Source: Poseidonia sp. (GTDB lineage Archaea; Thermoplasmatota; Poseidoniia; Poseidoniales; Poseidoniaceae). From it: a stretch of DNA of 64,000 bases. Position 1 is the stretch's first letter; each line of letters begins with the position of its first letter. Made by a program: the position numbers and the translations under genes. Location of the stretch: positions 2,244 through 66,243 of the forward strand of contig JBMSEL010000005.1 in the NCBI GenBank assembly GCA_049412325.1, given 5' to 3'. Shown piece after piece: positions 16,567 to 26,800 of the stretch. The notes below the pieces were generated by a model, which was not told the DNA's origin, did no database searches, and saw only the letters and a program-made list of their open reading frames with translations.

Positions 16567-19500
16567 ATGGAAGCCCGTGGACTCTCTGCCATTTTTTTGG
16601 TCGTTGTCATGGCGCTCGCAGGGTGTTTGGGTGCGACGGAACCTGCACCCGTGGACGAAGAGCCCGACATCCAAACCTTCGAATTAAAACCAACATGGAT
16701 TGTGGCCCCGGAGGAAATTCGACTGGGTGAAGTCGCCTCCTTCACCCTTGGCGTCCAGCAGATTGGTCCAGGAGATTGGATGATCAACTACGATGTCTTG
16801 CAACCCAATTTTTCTCCGGTCAGTGATGTGGACTGGACAGAAAATGACATCGGATTTATTCTGGAGTTCACCCCAACGGTCGTGGGCGAACACATCGTTT
16901 CCATCTCCTTTGTGAATACCGGTGAACAGTTGATGGTTCCTCAACTCCAAGCGCTGGTTCTCCCGTTAATGGTGGTCGCTCCCGACGAGGAAGCACCAAT
17001 CCTTACCACGCCTGTACGCTTGGTTCTTGAGGAGCCAAATGTTGTTTGGTTCGAAGGCAGTGTTGACCATCGCTACCTCGATTCATGCACCGTGACCTAC
17101 ACCATCTCTGACGGCAACGATGGTTCGATTGCCCTCGATACGGAGGGGGCATGGAAGGTGCTCATCGACTTCACGGAAGCCACGGACTCCCACACCATCA
17201 CGACCCTTGCGAGTTGTGGCCAATTTTCCACTGCTACCGATACATCGACGACGCAAGTCCTGATTGAAGGAGCGGGTGATGATGAGGACGGAGACGGCAT
17301 CCAAGATGTCAATGACCGATGCCCTTCAGGCATCGGCGCAGATGAGGGCTGGCAATCAACACTCGCCACCGACGGCGACCAAGACGGGTGCAGGGACAAC
17401 GATGAGGACGAGGACGATGACAATGATGGCATCGTAGACACCTATGATTTGTGCCCTGGCTCCTATGGGTGGGTAAGCACACCGTCAGCGGACTACGACT
17501 ACGACGGTTGTCATGATGCCGATGAAGACGATGATGACGACAATGACGGAGTAGTGGACATCGATGACCTTTGCCCGGTAGGACGCAAAGGGTGGTACTC
17601 CAACCGCTACAGCGACTGGGACAACGATGGTTGCTCTGATTTGGACGAGGATGACAACGATGACAACGACGACCATGACGACATTCTCGATGCCTGTGCA
17701 AAAGGTGTGGCCGACTGGGTTTCCGACAACACCACGGATTGGGACGATGACGGATGCCAAGACGCAACAGAGGATGAGGACGATGACAACGACGGCGTGA
17801 ACGATGTCAACGCCACCGGTGATGCCCTTGACCTCTGTCCCCGAACGCCCCAAAACGCGACGGATGTCAACGAATTCGGATGTGCTGCCGTTGAGCGAGA
17901 CACCGACAATGACGGGGTGAACGACCTCCAAGACCAATGCGAAGGAACGCCATCCGGCCTCACGGTCAACGCTGTTGGGTGTGCAGATATCGATGGAGAC
18001 GGTGTCTTTGCAAACGTGGACAGGTGTCCAAATTCTCCGGATCGTTGGAGCGTTGATACCCTCGGTTGTGCCGTGGTTCAAAACCCGGTCAACTGGACAA
18101 CGTCCAGCAGCTTGGACGGCCCGATGCAGGTCGTCCCCCAATTTACCTTCCCAACGCTCAACGGCACATTCAATTTCAACAACCGTTGGACAGGTCACGA
18201 TGTCTACTTTTTCATGTTCAAGTACACAGACAGCAATGGAAACAACAACGGTGCAACATGGGGACAAAATCCGGGGAAGTTCATTCGAAACCTCCCCGCC
18301 AATACACACCTGTTCTACGGATCGTTTGACAACAATTACCACAATGATGTGGTCCAGCAACGAAACGCCGTCTTGGCAGGCTTGACGACTTCAGAAGAGG
18401 CGTACTGGGACGATCGCATCCACTACATTGACATTGATGCAAGCAACCTTGGAGGGGGCATTGGCGCCATGATCAGTTCGTTCAACAGCCCCTTCTTCAT
18501 GGGCATCGACCGCTTCCAATTGGCCCGAGAAACCGGTTCCCTCTACGCTTGGACGACCCAATCCAACGACCCATACCATTTGTCTTACGAACCCAACCAA
18601 TGGGTGGCTGAGTTCCCGACGAAAATCCGAGAATTGGACCCAGCCGTACACGCAGTTTCGGTCATGGATTTCCAGCGACACACGGGCGGATGGGGGGGAG
18701 GCTATTCCTCCTTCACGAACGCAACGTTTGACCTGCCCAACGACCTGACGTCATACGACACGCTCGAAGTGTATCACGAACATGCATGCTATGAGCGAAC
18801 CAACCGCTATCAGAAATCTGACGGCACCTACGGTGGTTGCCACGAGTGGGACTACCTCGCCTACATGTTTGTGTGCGACGAGGACAACGATTCCATCTGC
18901 GATACGGAGATGGTCCGATGGATCACAACCTACGGGCGAGAAGGAATGTGGTTGACCGACATCTCGCCGTACTTGTTCATGCTCAATGACGGAGAAGAGC
19001 GGCGCTTCAAGTACGCAGGAGCCAATCGAGGCGACTTGACGGTCACTTTTTTGTTCAGCAATTGGGGGAGCGGTAGCCGAGCCGTGGATGGCACCTATGC
19101 GTTTAGCGGTGGACAATTTGATGGCACCTACAACAACGAATCTCGGTACCAACGACAACTCAACTTTACGGTACCATCCTCAGCAACCAGTGTTGAAATC
19201 GTGGCCACCATCACCGGTCACGGATTCAACAAAGACACTGCAAATTGTGCTGAATTCTGTGACCACCAGCATTACTACACGATGGGTCAACACCAAACCT
19301 ACGAATGGCACCCCATCGTCTACAGCAGCGAAGGCTGTGAAAATGAAGTGAACAACGGCGTGGTGGCCAATCAGTTTGGCTCGTGGCCGTTTGGAAGAGC
19401 GGGTTGGTGTGCAGGCCAGGATGTGAAACAGTGGACGTTTGACATCACAGATTGGGTTGACAATTCCACGAACAATACCAACCATTTGGTGTACCGTGGC

Positions 19501-19602
19501 TATTACAACGGCCAAGAGTACGTGCCCTCAGACGGTATTGGAAACGGTGGACGGAACATTCGTGCCGTGGTGTGGATTGTGTTTTACGGACCTACGACGT
19601 GA
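16567..19602 (+). CDS. lipobox-anchored secreted protein: acidic thrombospondin-type-3-like Ca-binding repeats plus C-terminal PNGase F-like module
   Basis: Signal plus lipobox VMALAGCLG. DxDxDGxxDxxD repeats at aa 237-500. The C-terminal CHEWDYLAYMFV, TITGHGFNKDTANCAEFCDHQH and FGRAGWCAGQDV match the PNGase F strings CDEWDRYANVYV, SGWGHA..GCAEWCFRTH and DRAGWCPGMAV as I recall them. Confidence 0.85.
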   Translation: MEARGLSAIFLVVVMALAGCLGATEPAPVDEEPDIQTFELKPTWIVAPEEIRLGEVASFTLGVQQIGPGDWMINYDVLQPNFSPVSDVDWTENDIGFILEFTPTVVGEHIVSISFVNTGEQLMVPQLQALVLPLMVVAPDEEAPILTTPVRLVLEEPNVVWFEGSVDHRYLDSCTVTYTISDGNDGSIALDTEGAWKVLIDFTEATDSHTITTLASCGQFSTATDTSTTQVLIEGAGDDEDGDGIQDVNDRCPSGIGADEGWQSTLATDGDQDGCRDNDEDEDDDNDGIVDTYDLCPGSYGWVSTPSADYDYDGCHDADEDDDDDNDGVVDIDDLCPVGRKGWYSNRYSDWDNDGCSDLDEDDNDDNDDHDDILDACAKGVADWVSDNTTDWDDDGCQDATEDEDDDNDGVNDVNATGDALDLCPRTPQNATDVNEFGCAAVERDTDNDGVNDLQDQCEGTPSGLTVNAVGCADIDGDGVFANVDRCPNSPDRWSVDTLGCAVVQNPVNWTTSSSLDGPMQVVPQFTFPTLNGTFNFNNRWTGHDVYFFMFKYTDSNGNNNGATWGQNPGKFIRNLPANTHLFYGSFDNNYHNDVVQQRNAVLAGLTTSEEAYWDDRIHYIDIDASNLGGGIGAMISSFNSPFFMGIDRFQLARETGSLYAWTTQSNDPYHLSYEPNQWVAEFPTKIRELDPAVHAVSVMDFQRHTGGWGGGYSSFTNATFDLPNDLTSYDTLEVYHEHACYERTNRYQKSDGTYGGCHEWDYLAYMFVCDEDNDSICDTEMVRWITTYGREGMWLTDISPYLFMLNDGEERRFKYAGANRGDLTVTFLFSNWGSGSRAVDGTYAFSGGQFDGTYNNESRYQRQLNFTVPSSATSVEIVATITGHGFNKDTANCAEFCDHQHYYTMGQHQTYEWHPIVYSSEGCENEVNNGVVANQFGSWPFGRAGWCAGQDVKQWTFDITDWVDNSTNNTNHLVYRGYYNGQEYVPSDGIGNGGRNIRAVVWIVFYGPTT
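17350..17853 (+). repeat. four tandem ~41-aa (about 120-123 nt) acidic Cys-containing repeats inside the 16567-19602 CDS
   Basis: The repeat units start at W262, W302, W343 and W384. Each reads W-x-S...D-x-D-x-DGC-x-D-x-(D/E)ED(D/N)DDND...D-x-C. Nucleotide similarity is visible (gaggacgatgacaa(c/t)ga(c/t)gg). Confidence 0.8.
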
Positions 19603-20779
19603 AGGCTGGTGGCGGTGAAACCAACTCCTCGCGTGTTTTGACGACGATGGTGGTTTCGAGGAGGTCATAATCGCTGTTGCGTCGCACCGGTTCAAAGCCG
19701 GCCCGAACAATGGCAGATTGGAGTTCGACCTCAGAGGCGTCAAGTTTGCTGGTTCCTGAGGCTGAGACCACGTTTTCCTCCATCATCGTGGAGCCTGCAT
19801 CGTCGGCACCACCCAACAAAGCCATCTGCGCGATGGCGAGCCCCATGGTTGGCCACGATGCTTGGATATGCTCAACGTTATCAAGAAACAGACGCGAAAT
19901 GGCGACATGACGAAGGTATTCCGAGGAACCGGCTCCGAGGACGTGTTTGTTTTGGCCTCTGTTACGCCGACCAAATGAATTCACCTCCAGTTGAACCGGC
20001 CAAGCGATGAAGGAAGTGAAACCAATGTTATGCTGCTCCAACGAATCATCCTGAAGTGTGCGAATACGGCGCATGTGCTCCACACGGGCAGCGTTGTCTT
20101 CACCAAAGCCGATCACATTGGTGGCACTGGTGGTCAACCCAAGGGATTGGGCCTCACCCATGACACGAAGCCAATTCGCCGGTGCACCCTTTTTGGGAGA
20201 GACGTCCTTCCGGACATCATCGACCAGCATCTCGGCACCGCCTCCCGGTAATCCGTGCATGCCTGCCTCCTTGAGGACGGTGAGGACCTCGAGGGTGCTC
20301 ATGTCGCAAACTTCTGCCAGACCCTCGATTTCAATTGGACTGAAGCAGTCCAGATCAATCGTTGGATGATTCAGACGAAGATGGCAAAGCAGGTCCGTGT
20401 ACCAGGACATGGGTAAATCGGGATTGACGCCCCCCTGCATGAGAATTCTTGAACCCCCAATGGCCTCTAACTCAACGATTCGCTCAGAAATTTGCTGGTA
20501 GGTTTGTGTGTAGGTTTCATCATGTCCAGGAGGCCGATAGAACGAGCAAAATTGACAGTTGATGGTGCAGACATTCGTGTAGTTGATGTTCCGGTCCACA
20601 AGATAGGTTACCTGCCCGCTTGGGTGCATCACCAGCCTCCGCTGATGGGCGGCTGCCATTAACGAATGGAGCGGAGCGTCGTTGTACAAGGTTTCAGCCT
20701 CTTGAGGCGTTAGCCGGTACGAAGCTGCACTGGCGCGTGTCCATTGCGACTGCCGTTGGAGGATGTTTTGCCAATCCAA
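19592..20779 (-). CDS. radical SAM enzyme of the MqnC/MqnE/CofH family (probable futalosine-pathway menaquinone biosynthesis)
   Basis: DRNINYTNVCTINCQFCSFYR (CxxxCxxC), LPGGGAEMLVDDVR, FIAWPVQ, and GGADDAGSTMMEENVV. Confidence 0.8.
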   Translation of the reverse strand: MDWQNILQRQSQWTRASAASYRLTPQEAETLYNDAPLHSLMAAAHQRRLVMHPSGQVTYLVDRNINYTNVCTINCQFCSFYRPPGHDETYTQTYQQISERIVELEAIGGSRILMQGGVNPDLPMSWYTDLLCHLRLNHPTIDLDCFSPIEIEGLAEVCDMSTLEVLTVLKEAGMHGLPGGGAEMLVDDVRKDVSPKKGAPANWLRVMGEAQSLGLTTSATNVIGFGEDNAARVEHMRRIRTLQDDSLEQHNIGFTSFIAWPVQLEVNSFGRRNRGQNKHVLGAGSSEYLRHVAISRLFLDNVEHIQASWPTMGLAIAQMALLGGADDAGSTMMEENVVSASGTSKLDASEVELQSAIVRAGFEPVRRNSDYDLLETTIVVKTREELVSPPPAFTS

Positions 20780-20788
20780 GAGACCACC

Positions 20789-22162
20789 TCATTGGAGGTT
20801 TTGACCAACGATGCGCTCAATGTCTTCAATCGTCTTCGGGCAATCCTCGGTCAAGACCACTGGTCCATCGGCCGTAATCAGAACATCATCCTCAATGCGA
20901 ATGCCAATGTTGGCATATCGCTCAGGGCAATCGACATCAGGTCGCCATGCTCCAAAATAGAGGCCCGGCTCAACGGTCAAACACATTCCGGGTTCAAGCA
21001 CTCGAGGTGTACCACCTGGCTTGTAGACACCTGCATCATGAACATCCAAACCGATCCAATGACTGGTGTTGTGCATGTACCATTTTTTGAGGTCACCGTG
21101 CTCCATGTCAAGGGCTTCTTCCACTGACTGAGAGATCACCCCCAGGCGAATGAGACCCTCGGCCAACACCGCCCGAGCAGCATCGTGCGGTGCGGTGTAG
21201 AGATTGCCGACTTTGCAAGCCTCAATGGCGGCGATTTGTGCGTCCAGAACGACCTGGTAGATTTCGCGTTGGGGATCCGTGAACTGGCCCGAAATTGGCC
21301 ATGAACGGGTAATGTCGCTCGCATAGCCCCGGAATTCGGCGCCTGCATCGATCAAAATGACTTCATCATCGCCACAAACATCCTGGTTGGTGGTGTAATG
21401 GAGAATGGTAGCGTTTTCCCCGCAGCCAACGATGCTTGGGTAGGACCATCCTGAGGCTCCTGCATAAGAGAAGAAGCCCTCGATAACGGATTGAAGTTGA
21501 TATTCGGTGATGCCTGAGCGGCTGTGCCGCATGGCCAACTCGTGGGCGATGCTGGCCACTTTGCTGGCGAACACCATTTGTTCAATTTCAGAGGCAGACT
21601 TTCGCAGACGTAATTCGGCGAGGTGCCCTGAAGGGTCCTCAACAGCAACGGGACCGGTCCCAAAGTGTTGACGAGCTCGATCTCGACGCCTCACGGCCGA
21701 TTCTACAAGGCCGTCGAGACCCGGATGAACCCCCCCACGATGGAACACGCGTCGTGCATCGGTCAACCATTCAGTGAGCTTGCCTTCCAATTCCTCGTTG
21801 TTGTAGGCTTCATGAACCGCAAAATCCGAAATTGCACCCTCAACACCTGGCCGCCGTCCTTCCCAAATTTCCTTCAGGGTGTCTTTTGGCTGAACGAAAA
21901 GAGCAGAGACCCATCCCTTCCCTTCGTATCGCATAACAAAAACGCTCTCGGGCTCCGTCCATCCAGTGAGGTAAATGAGGTCGCTTGAGGTCCTGTAGGG
22001 ATATTCTACGTCGTTTGAGTGAACAGCGTGTGGAGGAGAAGCGAGGACAAAGACGTCATCATGGCGAAACTGATTCGTCAAACGAGCCTGACGCTCAACA
22101 AATTCCTCAACGCTCGTGGGTGCGGGTCGTTGAGGCAAGCGGGTCAATGCTTCAGCGAACAT
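20789..22162 (-). CDS. pepP: Xaa-Pro aminopeptidase (M24B)
   Basis: N-terminal creatinase-like domain, then ILIDAGAEFRGYASDITR, HNTSHWIGLDVHD, TVEPGLY and IRIEDD metal-ligand motifs. Confidence 0.9.
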   Translation of the reverse strand: MFAEALTRLPQRPAPTSVEEFVERQARLTNQFRHDDVFVLASPPHAVHSNDVEYPYRTSSDLIYLTGWTEPESVFVMRYEGKGWVSALFVQPKDTLKEIWEGRRPGVEGAISDFAVHEAYNNEELEGKLTEWLTDARRVFHRGGVHPGLDGLVESAVRRRDRARQHFGTGPVAVEDPSGHLAELRLRKSASEIEQMVFASKVASIAHELAMRHSRSGITEYQLQSVIEGFFSYAGASGWSYPSIVGCGENATILHYTTNQDVCGDDEVILIDAGAEFRGYASDITRSWPISGQFTDPQREIYQVVLDAQIAAIEACKVGNLYTAPHDAARAVLAEGLIRLGVISQSVEEALDMEHGDLKKWYMHNTSHWIGLDVHDAGVYKPGGTPRVLEPGMCLTVEPGLYFGAWRPDVDCPERYANIGIRIEDDVLITADGPVVLTEDCPKTIEDIERIVGQNLQ

Positions 22163-22165
22163 GAA

Positions 22166-23800
22166 TCATCCATTCGGTTCGTCTTCTTCAACCGTTGCAT
22201 CATCTTGTACCAGAGGAACAACATCACGATGGACGGGCTGCTTCCCCGGCGATGTCCATTTTGGTAATTCATCAACGACCACGGAACGCCGGCTCAAACC
22301 CAGACCAAGGCCAAGAATGAAAACGAGGATAAGCAATGCCACCCAACCAGTTGACGTCGAGGACTCAGCGGTCTGATCGGCAAGAATCTCCAATTCCAAA
22401 AACGTGGAATTTGTCGCACCATCGTCATCAAAAACAATCAATTCGACGGTATAGGTGCCGGGTCCCTCAAAGTGTTCTTGGTTCAAGGCTGTCAATCCAC
22501 GCCATGACCGGTCGTCGTTCACCACCCACAAATACTCGACCGGCTCGTCATCATAACTGAGATTTCCAGTGATGGACCAACCGTCGTTTTCTTGGACCAT
22601 CAGTCGACCATCGGTCGAGAAAATCATCCCCTCATTGCTGATGCGTGCGGTTGGTCGTTGGTTGATCACGGTGAAATTTTCTGTTGCCTCGGCCGTCAGC
22701 CCTGCAAGATCGCGAACCGACACCTCAACCACGTACACGCCTTGAGATGAAAGATTGAGCAAAAGGTGGTTTGGAGCGAGGTACTCGGCCGTTGTTGGGG
22801 CACGCCTCGATCCAAGTTCATCGACCAAGGTCCACGTGTAGGTGAAATCAGCACCCGTATAGCCATCCTCCGCATTGACGTAGACATTGATGGGCACGCG
22901 TTCAAAGGTGGTCTGCTCTGTGATGAGTTCCACGACAGGAGGTGTACCGTCGTAAACGACGAGCATCTGGTGTTGTCCCGTGGTGCGGAGGAGGCTGTCT
23001 GTAGCCGTGATCACCATCTTCCAAATACCCTCCTCAATCGTCATGTTTGAGGCATTCAGCGTGATCATCAGCTTTGAATTGACCAATTCATGCGGCAATG
23101 TTTGGGTGATCGGAGATTCTAAACACACACCATTCGGAGCCTCACAAAGTTCAGCCATGACCATCGAAATCGTGCCACTGTCAGGGGCGAGCACCAGGTC
23201 GATGAAATGGTCAATCTCGTCGGAAACAAGAAGTGGAGGTTGTTGGCCGAAGCCTCCGTCCAGTTCTGCATTGCTCTCAGCCACGGTGTTGACGGGTGAG
23301 AGATGCTGTCTCCATTCACCTACAAAGACAGGACGATGTAACATCTCACCCAGATAGAGCAGAATGTCATAATGACGATGAAGGCCATTTGCGTCTTCCA
23401 ATTCGATGCTCACGTAACACGTGCAGGCGAGTCCGGGGACTTCAACCGTGAGGTTCCATGCAAACAGGTGTTCTGATAACGGCATCACGGCGGTCAGGTA
23501 AGGTCCGGATACAACAGTCGTAGGTGTTGCTCCAGAGATGTTGACAACTGACCAACTGGCATTGCGGAGCGGAACGTTCGAACTCCCATTGAGGTGGATG
23601 GTGTCCAGCATGTGGGCGCCTTGTGATTGATAGAACTCAATGTCCACAGCAGCCGTTCCAGGGTTGTGGTCATGGGCATCAACTACCGGCATCGCCGATA
23701 CCAGCAAAAGCAGGGCGAACAGCACACATCCCGATGGATGGCGGCCGATGCTCAAGGTCAGCACATCACCCGATCTTATCAGTCCGAGAATGGATCGCAC
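22166..23800 (-). CDS. surface protein with PKD-like domains and C-terminal TM anchor
   Basis: Signal-like CVLFALLLLVSAMPVVDA. PKD-like blocks FTYTWTLVDE...GVYVVEVSVRDLAGL and YLWVVNDD...GTYTVELIVFDDDGA. Anchor WVALLILVFILGLGLGL. Confidence 0.75.
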   Translation of the reverse strand: MRSILGLIRSGDVLTLSIGRHPSGCVLFALLLLVSAMPVVDAHDHNPGTAAVDIEFYQSQGAHMLDTIHLNGSSNVPLRNASWSVVNISGATPTTVVSGPYLTAVMPLSEHLFAWNLTVEVPGLACTCYVSIELEDANGLHRHYDILLYLGEMLHRPVFVGEWRQHLSPVNTVAESNAELDGGFGQQPPLLVSDEIDHFIDLVLAPDSGTISMVMAELCEAPNGVCLESPITQTLPHELVNSKLMITLNASNMTIEEGIWKMVITATDSLLRTTGQHQMLVVYDGTPPVVELITEQTTFERVPINVYVNAEDGYTGADFTYTWTLVDELGSRRAPTTAEYLAPNHLLLNLSSQGVYVVEVSVRDLAGLTAEATENFTVINQRPTARISNEGMIFSTDGRLMVQENDGWSITGNLSYDDEPVEYLWVVNDDRSWRGLTALNQEHFEGPGTYTVELIVFDDDGATNSTFLELEILADQTAESSTSTGWVALLILVFILGLGLGLSRRSVVVDELPKWTSPGKQPVHRDVVPLVQDDATVEEDEPNG

Positions 23801-26800
23801 AATTCACCCTGACCTGGATAGGAGACAGGGTTTCGTGGGTTGGTGTCCCATTTGTACTCACAGAAGTTCACGTGTCCGTCACCATCCGTGTCCACCATTC
23901 TGTCAGCTCCATCGAAGGGGTCGAACTGGAAATGGTACTCCCATCCAGTCGCCATGCCATCATCGTCGTGGTCTTGATAGTAGACCTCCGGTCCATCGTT
24001 CCAGTCATCTCCATCTGTATCGTTGGTGATGGGGTTGGTGCCATTTTGCAACTCTTCAAAGTTGGTGTAATTTTCCAAGTTATCGTAGAAACGCTGGCCG
24101 TCAGGCGTATCGGGGTCGATGTTACATTCGGAATTGGTGGAATCGTTGTATCCGGGGCAATAACGCTTGATCAATCCCGACCGATTCAACCCGTCCATAT
24201 CTGGGTCTTCAAAGCCGTCATCGATTCCGTCCAAGTCGCTGTCGGCCATGGCAGGGTCCATGACACCACGTGCACCGTAGACACCAACGGTCTCGTTGTC
24301 TGCAAGGCCGTTTTCAAAGGCCAGTTGAGAATAGTAGACTTCCCAGCCGTCAGGGAGCGTGTCACCATCGGTGTCGTCGTCAACCGGATTTGTATCCCAG
24401 CGGTCAGGTGCTTCCATACTGTTGGCAAGGGTGTCGTTGTCAACATCGAAGGTGTCGTCCTTCAATGAACTCAGTGAGGGGTCAAGGGCCCATCGTCCGT
24501 TGCAACCATCACAAAGCGTGTTGGTCGGCATTTGGAACCCAGTGAGGTTCATTTCGCTGACCTGGAATTTTGGTTCAAGGGCGAATCCACCCAACCAGTT
24601 TTGCCAGACATAGCCGCCCGGTTGCATCGTACATGAATTGGTTTGCGTGGATTCACACCCAGGTCGCTCCCAAGTCGATGTCGCCACCCAAAGACTGTGG
24701 GAGTTGGTGTTGTCTTCGGCCGATTTTACTTGCATTTCCCAACCGTCAAGCATGTCATCGCCATCGGTATCGTTGAGAAGTGGATTGGTTGGATTCTGGA
24801 ACGGTCGAGGAACAAAAAGAACCTCTTGGCCGTCGATGAGACCGTCATCGTCCGAATCCGAATTGTTGGCATGCGTCAAAAAGTTGTCAGCACCCGCAAT
24901 GACTTCTTCACCGTCTTCGAGTCCGTCGTTGTCAGTATCAAACATGCACGGGCTGGTGGAATAAGTCTCACCTTCCCACATGAAATTGTCTCCTGCCTCT
25001 TCAAGGTCGGTCAGACCGTCAGAGTCCGTGTCAGGATTGGACGCATTGGAACCTCCAAGGTTGCATGTCGAAGAGAATTCCGCATAGTCAGACAGTCCGT
25101 CAGCATCCGTGTCGTACAGGCCCGGGTCTGAGGTGACCCAAGTGGGTTGGACACCACGATTGACGACGAGAATCTCCCAGCCCATGACTTCAATGCCGTC
25201 GATGAGTCCGTCGTTGTCCGTGTCGGCGTTAAGCGGGTTGGTGCTACGACCGTCCAGGATACCGTCTTGGTCTCGGTCGTTGGCTTTGTACTCCATGACG
25301 TTGGTGAATCGCTCCTCTTCTTCCACGAGGTTCATCCAAACGAAGAGGCGGGAGTCGATGCTCTGTCCAACGACCACGTTGAGTTCGTAAACGTAGCCGT
25401 CAACAGGAGCACGCATAGGGACGACTTGTTGGTTGCCACCCGCCAGGGTAATTCGAGCAGAAGCGACCTGCTGGTTCTCCGAAACTTGCTGTCCAAGCAC
25501 AACGTCAACGGTGTGAACTATGGCGGTGTTTTCAAGCTCGCCGTACATCACGTGCCCGTCCCCGTCGAGGTCGTAGCCGTCCATGTCAGGGTCTTGGTCT
25601 CGGTTCAAGGCCGAGCGAGGATGAAGACCGTTGGAGGCCTCCCACTGATCTGGCATTTCATCTTGGTCGGTGTCTTCCAACCACGGAGAAGTGAAGTTGC
25701 CTTCACCGAAGAGTTTGGCCACTTGGTATTCCTCAAGGTTGTTCATGCCGTCCTCGTCCCAGTCGCCGTACCCATCTGAGGCGTTGGCTGGATTCAACAC
25801 GTAAGCAGCACTGGGTGCCATGGTGGAATCGGAGTAGCAGTACTCAAAACCATCAGGCATACCATCCCCATCCGTGTCCCAGTCAGAGGGACCATTGAGC
25901 AATCCATCGCCGTCCATGTCCAATAAGAACCAGTTGCGTTCAACACCGTTGAACGGACCAATACGTGAGTCTGGCTGGAGTAACGGTTCATTGCAGGACT
26001 CACCCAAACCGGTGTAGAGAGCGATGGTGCCGTTGTTGGCCACCTCAACGATATCGTCGATCAAGTCCATGTCGGAGTCTCGTGCCGTAGGGTTCGTTCC
26101 GAAGGCCTCCTCCTCAAAGTTAGCGAGGCCGTCATCGTCCGAGTCGAGCACCATGTCGCAGGAGTGGCGGTCATTTGAGGCCAAATCGTCCCAGTCAGCC
26201 ATGCCGTTTTCGCCATTGAACCGACTTTCGAGTGCATCGACCATGGCCTGGTCCAGGAGCAAACAATCCCAGTTTCCGTCAAGCGGGTTGAAGAGAATGA
26301 CTTCTCCACCAGGCGTTTGAACGCTGGTGGTGTAGAGCGATTCCCATCGGTCGTTAAGACCGTCATTGTCCGTGTCTGAACGCTGGGGGTCCGTCCCAAG
26401 TTCCTGCTCGGCTTGGTTGGTCAAACCGTCCCTGTCAGGGTCACCGTTGGGGCCTTGACTTGGGTCAGGCCAGGATTCGGTTTCGTTTTCGACTTGAGCA
26501 TCGCTGGAGTCTTCGTTTTGGGTGGGGTCTACCTCGAGGTCCTCAGACTCACCGTTGTCAAGTGGATTCAACCCGTGTTGGACTTCCCAGCCATCACTCA
26601 TTCCGTCATTATCAGTGTCGGGGTCGTTGACGTCCGTTCCGTATTGTGTTTCTTCAAGTTTGTCTGAAAGTCCATCGCCGTCGGAATCAATGGCGGCTTC
26701 GACGGGGACGGTGTCGCCGCGAATGTCTTCCTCAACGGCGCTTTCAAATCCACCAATTTCTTCGCTGGTTTGGAAAAAGCCCGAAACACCCACGAAAAGT

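Noticed and set aside
17485-18360. 291-aa minus-strand ORF, and similar ones at 17097-17441, 17309-17767 and 17607-17969, inside the acidic-repeat region
   Set aside because: They are antisense to GAT/GAC/GAG-rich codons of the 16567-19602 gene. The translations are low-complexity (V/I/H/R runs), which is typical of shadow ORFs.
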